Shown here piece by piece: positions 61,382 through 64,000 of a stretch of 64,000 nt of DNA. This stretch comes from an alpha proteobacterium SCGC AAA028-C07 (GTDB taxonomy: Bacteria; Pseudomonadota; Alphaproteobacteria; Pelagibacterales; Pelagibacteraceae), in NCBI GenBank assembly GCA_000419465.1, contig ATTB01000005.1:9209-73208 (forward strand), given 5' to 3'. The notes below the pieces were generated by a model. The model did no database searches. It was not told the origin of the DNA and worked only from the letters and a program-made list of their open reading frames with translations. Position 1 is the first letter of the stretch. Each line of letters opens with the position of its first letter. The position numbers were made by a program, and so were the translations under genes.

Positions 61382-61396
61382 GTTCTATTAATGTTC
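61382..61396. promoter_or_regulatory. alphaproteobacterial LexA-box-like direct repeat GTTC-N7-GTTC
   Basis: GTTCTATTAATGTTC overlaps the expected -10 of a TTGACT (61366-61371) promoter for nrdA. Confidence 0.5.
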
Positions 61397-61437
61397 TATT
61401 GAACTATACTTATTAATGGTATATTCATGATTTTGTA

Positions 61438-61453
61438 ACACAACATGTAGTTG
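61438..61453. promoter_or_regulatory. NrdR box upstream of nrdAB
   Basis: ACACAACATGTAGTTG matches acaCwAtATaTwGtgt at the conserved positions. Confidence 0.65.
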
Positions 61454-61485
61454 TTTTACCAATAAAATCTAATAAAATTAGAGTT

Positions 61486-63426
61486 ATGCAGGACAATTTG
61501 GCTTTAGCCATTAAGAATCTCGTTTTGGACAAAGGAATCAATATTCCAGCCTCTAATCCAAAATCTAACGTTCAAGATCTTAAAAAACCAGATCTATTTT
61601 CACTTACTAAAGAAACAGAATTATTTCAAAATGAAAAAGGTATCACAATTAAAATTGATCGTTCAAAAGATTCTAAATTAACAAATTTTGGTAAAGCAAC
61701 TTTAGACGATAGATATTTAGCAGAGGGCGAATCTTACCAAGATTTATTCGCTAGGGTTGCAGCAAATTATTCAGATAACAATCTGCATGCACAAAGAATT
61801 TACAACTACATTAGTAATCTTTGGTTTATGCCAGCGACACCAGTTTTATCAAACGCGGGAACTGATAGAGGTTTGCCGATATCTTGCTTCTTAAACGAAG
61901 CTAATGATAGCTTGGATGGAATTTTAGATCTTTGGTCTGAAAATGTTTGGCTTGCAGCAAGAGGTGGTGGAATAGGAAGTTACTGGGGAAATTTAAGATC
62001 TATCGGCGAAAAAATTGGAAGAGTTGGAAAAACCTCTGGAATTATTCCATTTATTAAAGTGATGGATTCTTTAACGTTAGCAATTAGCCAAGGATCTTTA
62101 CGAAGAGGATCTGCTGCTTGTTATTTGCAAATTGACCATCCTGAGATTGAAGAATTTATTGAGATGAGAAGACCAACAGGAGGCGATCCAAATAGAAAAG
62201 CATTAAATCTTCACCATGGCGTTCTAGTAACAGATGCGTTTATGAGAGCTGTAGAGTTAGATGAGCAGTGGGCACTTAAGAGTCCTTATGACGGAGCAGT
62301 TCAAGCTACAATTTCTGCAAGAAATTTATGGATTAGACTTTTAACTGCAAGAGTTGAAACGGGCGAGCCGTATATTATTTTTATAGATACTGTTAACAGA
62401 ATGATTCCACAACATCATAAACTTGCAGGTCTAACTGTTAAAACTTCAAACTTATGTTCTGAAATTACTTTGCCAACAGGAATTGATAAAAATGGAAAAG
62501 ATAGAACAGCTGTTTGTTGTTTATCTTCAATAAATTTAGAAACATACGAAGAGTGGAAAGATGATAAAAATTTCGTTGAAGATATTATGAGATTTTTAGA
62601 TAATATTTTAAGTGAGTTTATAGAAAAAGCTCCAGATTCTTTTAAAGATGCAAAATATTCTGCTCACCGTGAAAGAAGTGTTGGTCTTGGTGTTATGGGG
62701 TTTCATTCATTCTTACAAAAAAATTCAATTCCATTTGAATCTGTAATGGCAAAAGTTTGGAATACAAAAATATTTAAATATATCGACCAAGAAGTTAACA
62801 AAGCTTCAAAAAAACTTGCTGAAGAAAGAGGACCGTGTCCTGATGCCAAAGATTATGGAATAATGGAGAGGTTTTCTAATAAAACAGCAATAGCTCCAAC
62901 AGCTTCAATTTCTATTATTTGCGGAGGTTCTTCGCCAGGAATTGAGCCTATTGCTGGAAATAGCTACACACACAAAACATTGTCAGGTTCTTTTAATGTT
63001 AGAAATAAATTTTTAGAGGAAGTGCTTAATAAATACGGAAAAAATAATAATGAAACTTGGTCTTCAATTACCACAACCCAAGGATCTGTTCAGCATTTAG
63101 ATTTCTTAACTCAAGAAGAAAAAGATGTGTTTAAAACTGCATTTGAACTTGATCAACGTTGGTTAATTGATCTTTCAGCAGATAGAACGCCTTATATTTC
63201 GCAGGCTCAATCCTTAAATATATTTCTTCCAGCAGATGTTCATAAAAAAGATTTACATCAAATACACTTCCAGTCTTGGAAGAAAGGATTAAAGAGTCTT
63301 TACTACTGTAGGTCGAAATCTATACAGAGAGCAGAAGTTATAAGTAAAAGTTTTGTTGCAATACCAGCAGAAAAAAATAAAAATGAAGAATCTAAAAATT
63401 ACGAGGAATGTTTGTCATGTCAGTAG
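61486..63426 (+). CDS. nrdA: class I ribonucleotide reductase alpha subunit (no N-terminal ATP cone)
   Basis: PATPVLSN, ISCF, SNLCSEI, VCCLSS, APTASIS, SLYYCRS, C-terminal CLSCQ. Confidence 0.97.
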   Translation: MQDNLALAIKNLVLDKGINIPASNPKSNVQDLKKPDLFSLTKETELFQNEKGITIKIDRSKDSKLTNFGKATLDDRYLAEGESYQDLFARVAANYSDNNLHAQRIYNYISNLWFMPATPVLSNAGTDRGLPISCFLNEANDSLDGILDLWSENVWLAARGGGIGSYWGNLRSIGEKIGRVGKTSGIIPFIKVMDSLTLAISQGSLRRGSAACYLQIDHPEIEEFIEMRRPTGGDPNRKALNLHHGVLVTDAFMRAVELDEQWALKSPYDGAVQATISARNLWIRLLTARVETGEPYIIFIDTVNRMIPQHHKLAGLTVKTSNLCSEITLPTGIDKNGKDRTAVCCLSSINLETYEEWKDDKNFVEDIMRFLDNILSEFIEKAPDSFKDAKYSAHRERSVGLGVMGFHSFLQKNSIPFESVMAKVWNTKIFKYIDQEVNKASKKLAEERGPCPDAKDYGIMERFSNKTAIAPTASISIICGGSSPGIEPIAGNSYTHKTLSGSFNVRNKFLEEVLNKYGKNNNETWSSITTTQGSVQHLDFLTQEEKDVFKTAFELDQRWLIDLSADRTPYISQAQSLNIFLPADVHKKDLHQIHFQSWKKGLKSLYYCRSKSIQRAEVISKSFVAIPAEKNKNEESKNYEECLSCQ

Positions 63427-64000
63427 CGCTTAAAGTTCAAGAAAAAATTATTGATAAAAATTATTGCGACACACACGGTTTGTTAAAAGACAATCCTGTC
63501 TATAAGCCTTTTAGATATCCATGGTGCTATGATGCATGGTTGACTCAACAAAGAATTCATTGGTTACCAGAAGAGGTTCCATTATCAGAAGATATTAGGG
63601 ACTGGCAAAAAAAATTAACACAAGGTGAAAAGAATTTACTTACTCAAATTTTTAGATTTTTTACTCAAGCGGATGTTGAGGTAAATAATTGTTATCTTAG
63701 ACATTATACAAGCGTTTTTAAACCAACTGAAGTTTTAATGATGATGACTGCGTTTTCAGCAATGGAAACAATTCATATCGCTGCCTACTCTCATTTATTA
63801 GACACAATCGGAATGCCAGACTCTGAATATTCCGCATTTCTTAAATATAAAGAAATGAAAGATAAGTATGACTACATGAAAAATTTCAATACAAACAACA
63901 AACGTGAGATCGCTAAAACAGTAGCGGTATTCAGTGCCTTTACAGAAGGCCTTCAATTGTTTGCAAGTTTTGCAATCTTACTTAATTTTCCTAGATTTAA
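63417..64000 (+). CDS. nrdB: class I ribonucleotide reductase beta subunit (truncated by window edge)
   Basis: Manual translation from ATG 63417 (GAGGA RBS): YKPFRYPW, HWLPEEV, FRFFTQADVEV, METIHIAAYS, FTEGLQLFASF. Confidence 0.96.
   Translation, partial: MSVALKVQEKIIDKNYCDTHGLLKDNPVYKPFRYPWCYDAWLTQQRIHWLPEEVPLSEDIRDWQKKLTQGEKNLLTQIFRFFTQADVEVNNCYLRHYTSVFKPTEVLMMMTAFSAMETIHIAAYSHLLDTIGMPDSEYSAFLKYKEMKDKYDYMKNFNTNNKREIAKTVAVFSAFTEGLQLFASFAILLNFPRF

Overview
AT-rich, very compact alphaproteobacterial chromosome segment with tiny or overlapping intergenic spaces. Gene content and sequence style point to Pelagibacterales (SAR11). The complete serC-serA-serB operon suggests a subclade III-like (IIIa or freshwater LD12/Fonsibacter-like) lineage, which is an inference. 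Most of the window is core genome: tkt, zapA, the yebC-ybgC-tol-pal-cpoB-tilS-ftsH-folP-glmM-thiD-purA block, rpoH, rluD, pntAB, sua5, xseB-ispA-dxs, hisI, folE, rseP, HU, serCAB, mnmA, LPS glycosyltransferases, rpoZ, dusA, a phosphomannomutase and nrdAB, plus tRNA-Arg(UCG) and tRNA-Met(CAU). I found no CRISPR array, IS element, integrase or rRNA. Main leads: (1) an unlisted 27-aa Arg/Lys-rich microprotein (44721-44804) resembling tiny ribosomal proteins; (2) a malonate TRAP + malonyl-CoA decarboxylase module with no MatB synthetase but a divergent YfdE/UctC-like CoA-transferase; (3) a phage/MOC1-type resolvase in place of ruvC-ruvA-ruvB; (4) an accessory outer-membrane beta-barrel behind a C9 tract; (5) NrdR-like boxes at both HU and nrdA, an SOS-like box at nrdA, and helically phased GANTC sites; (6) a CADD-type pABA synthase; (7) a phage-like papain-fold protein after dusA. 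All calls come from motif recognition by eye; no searches were run.
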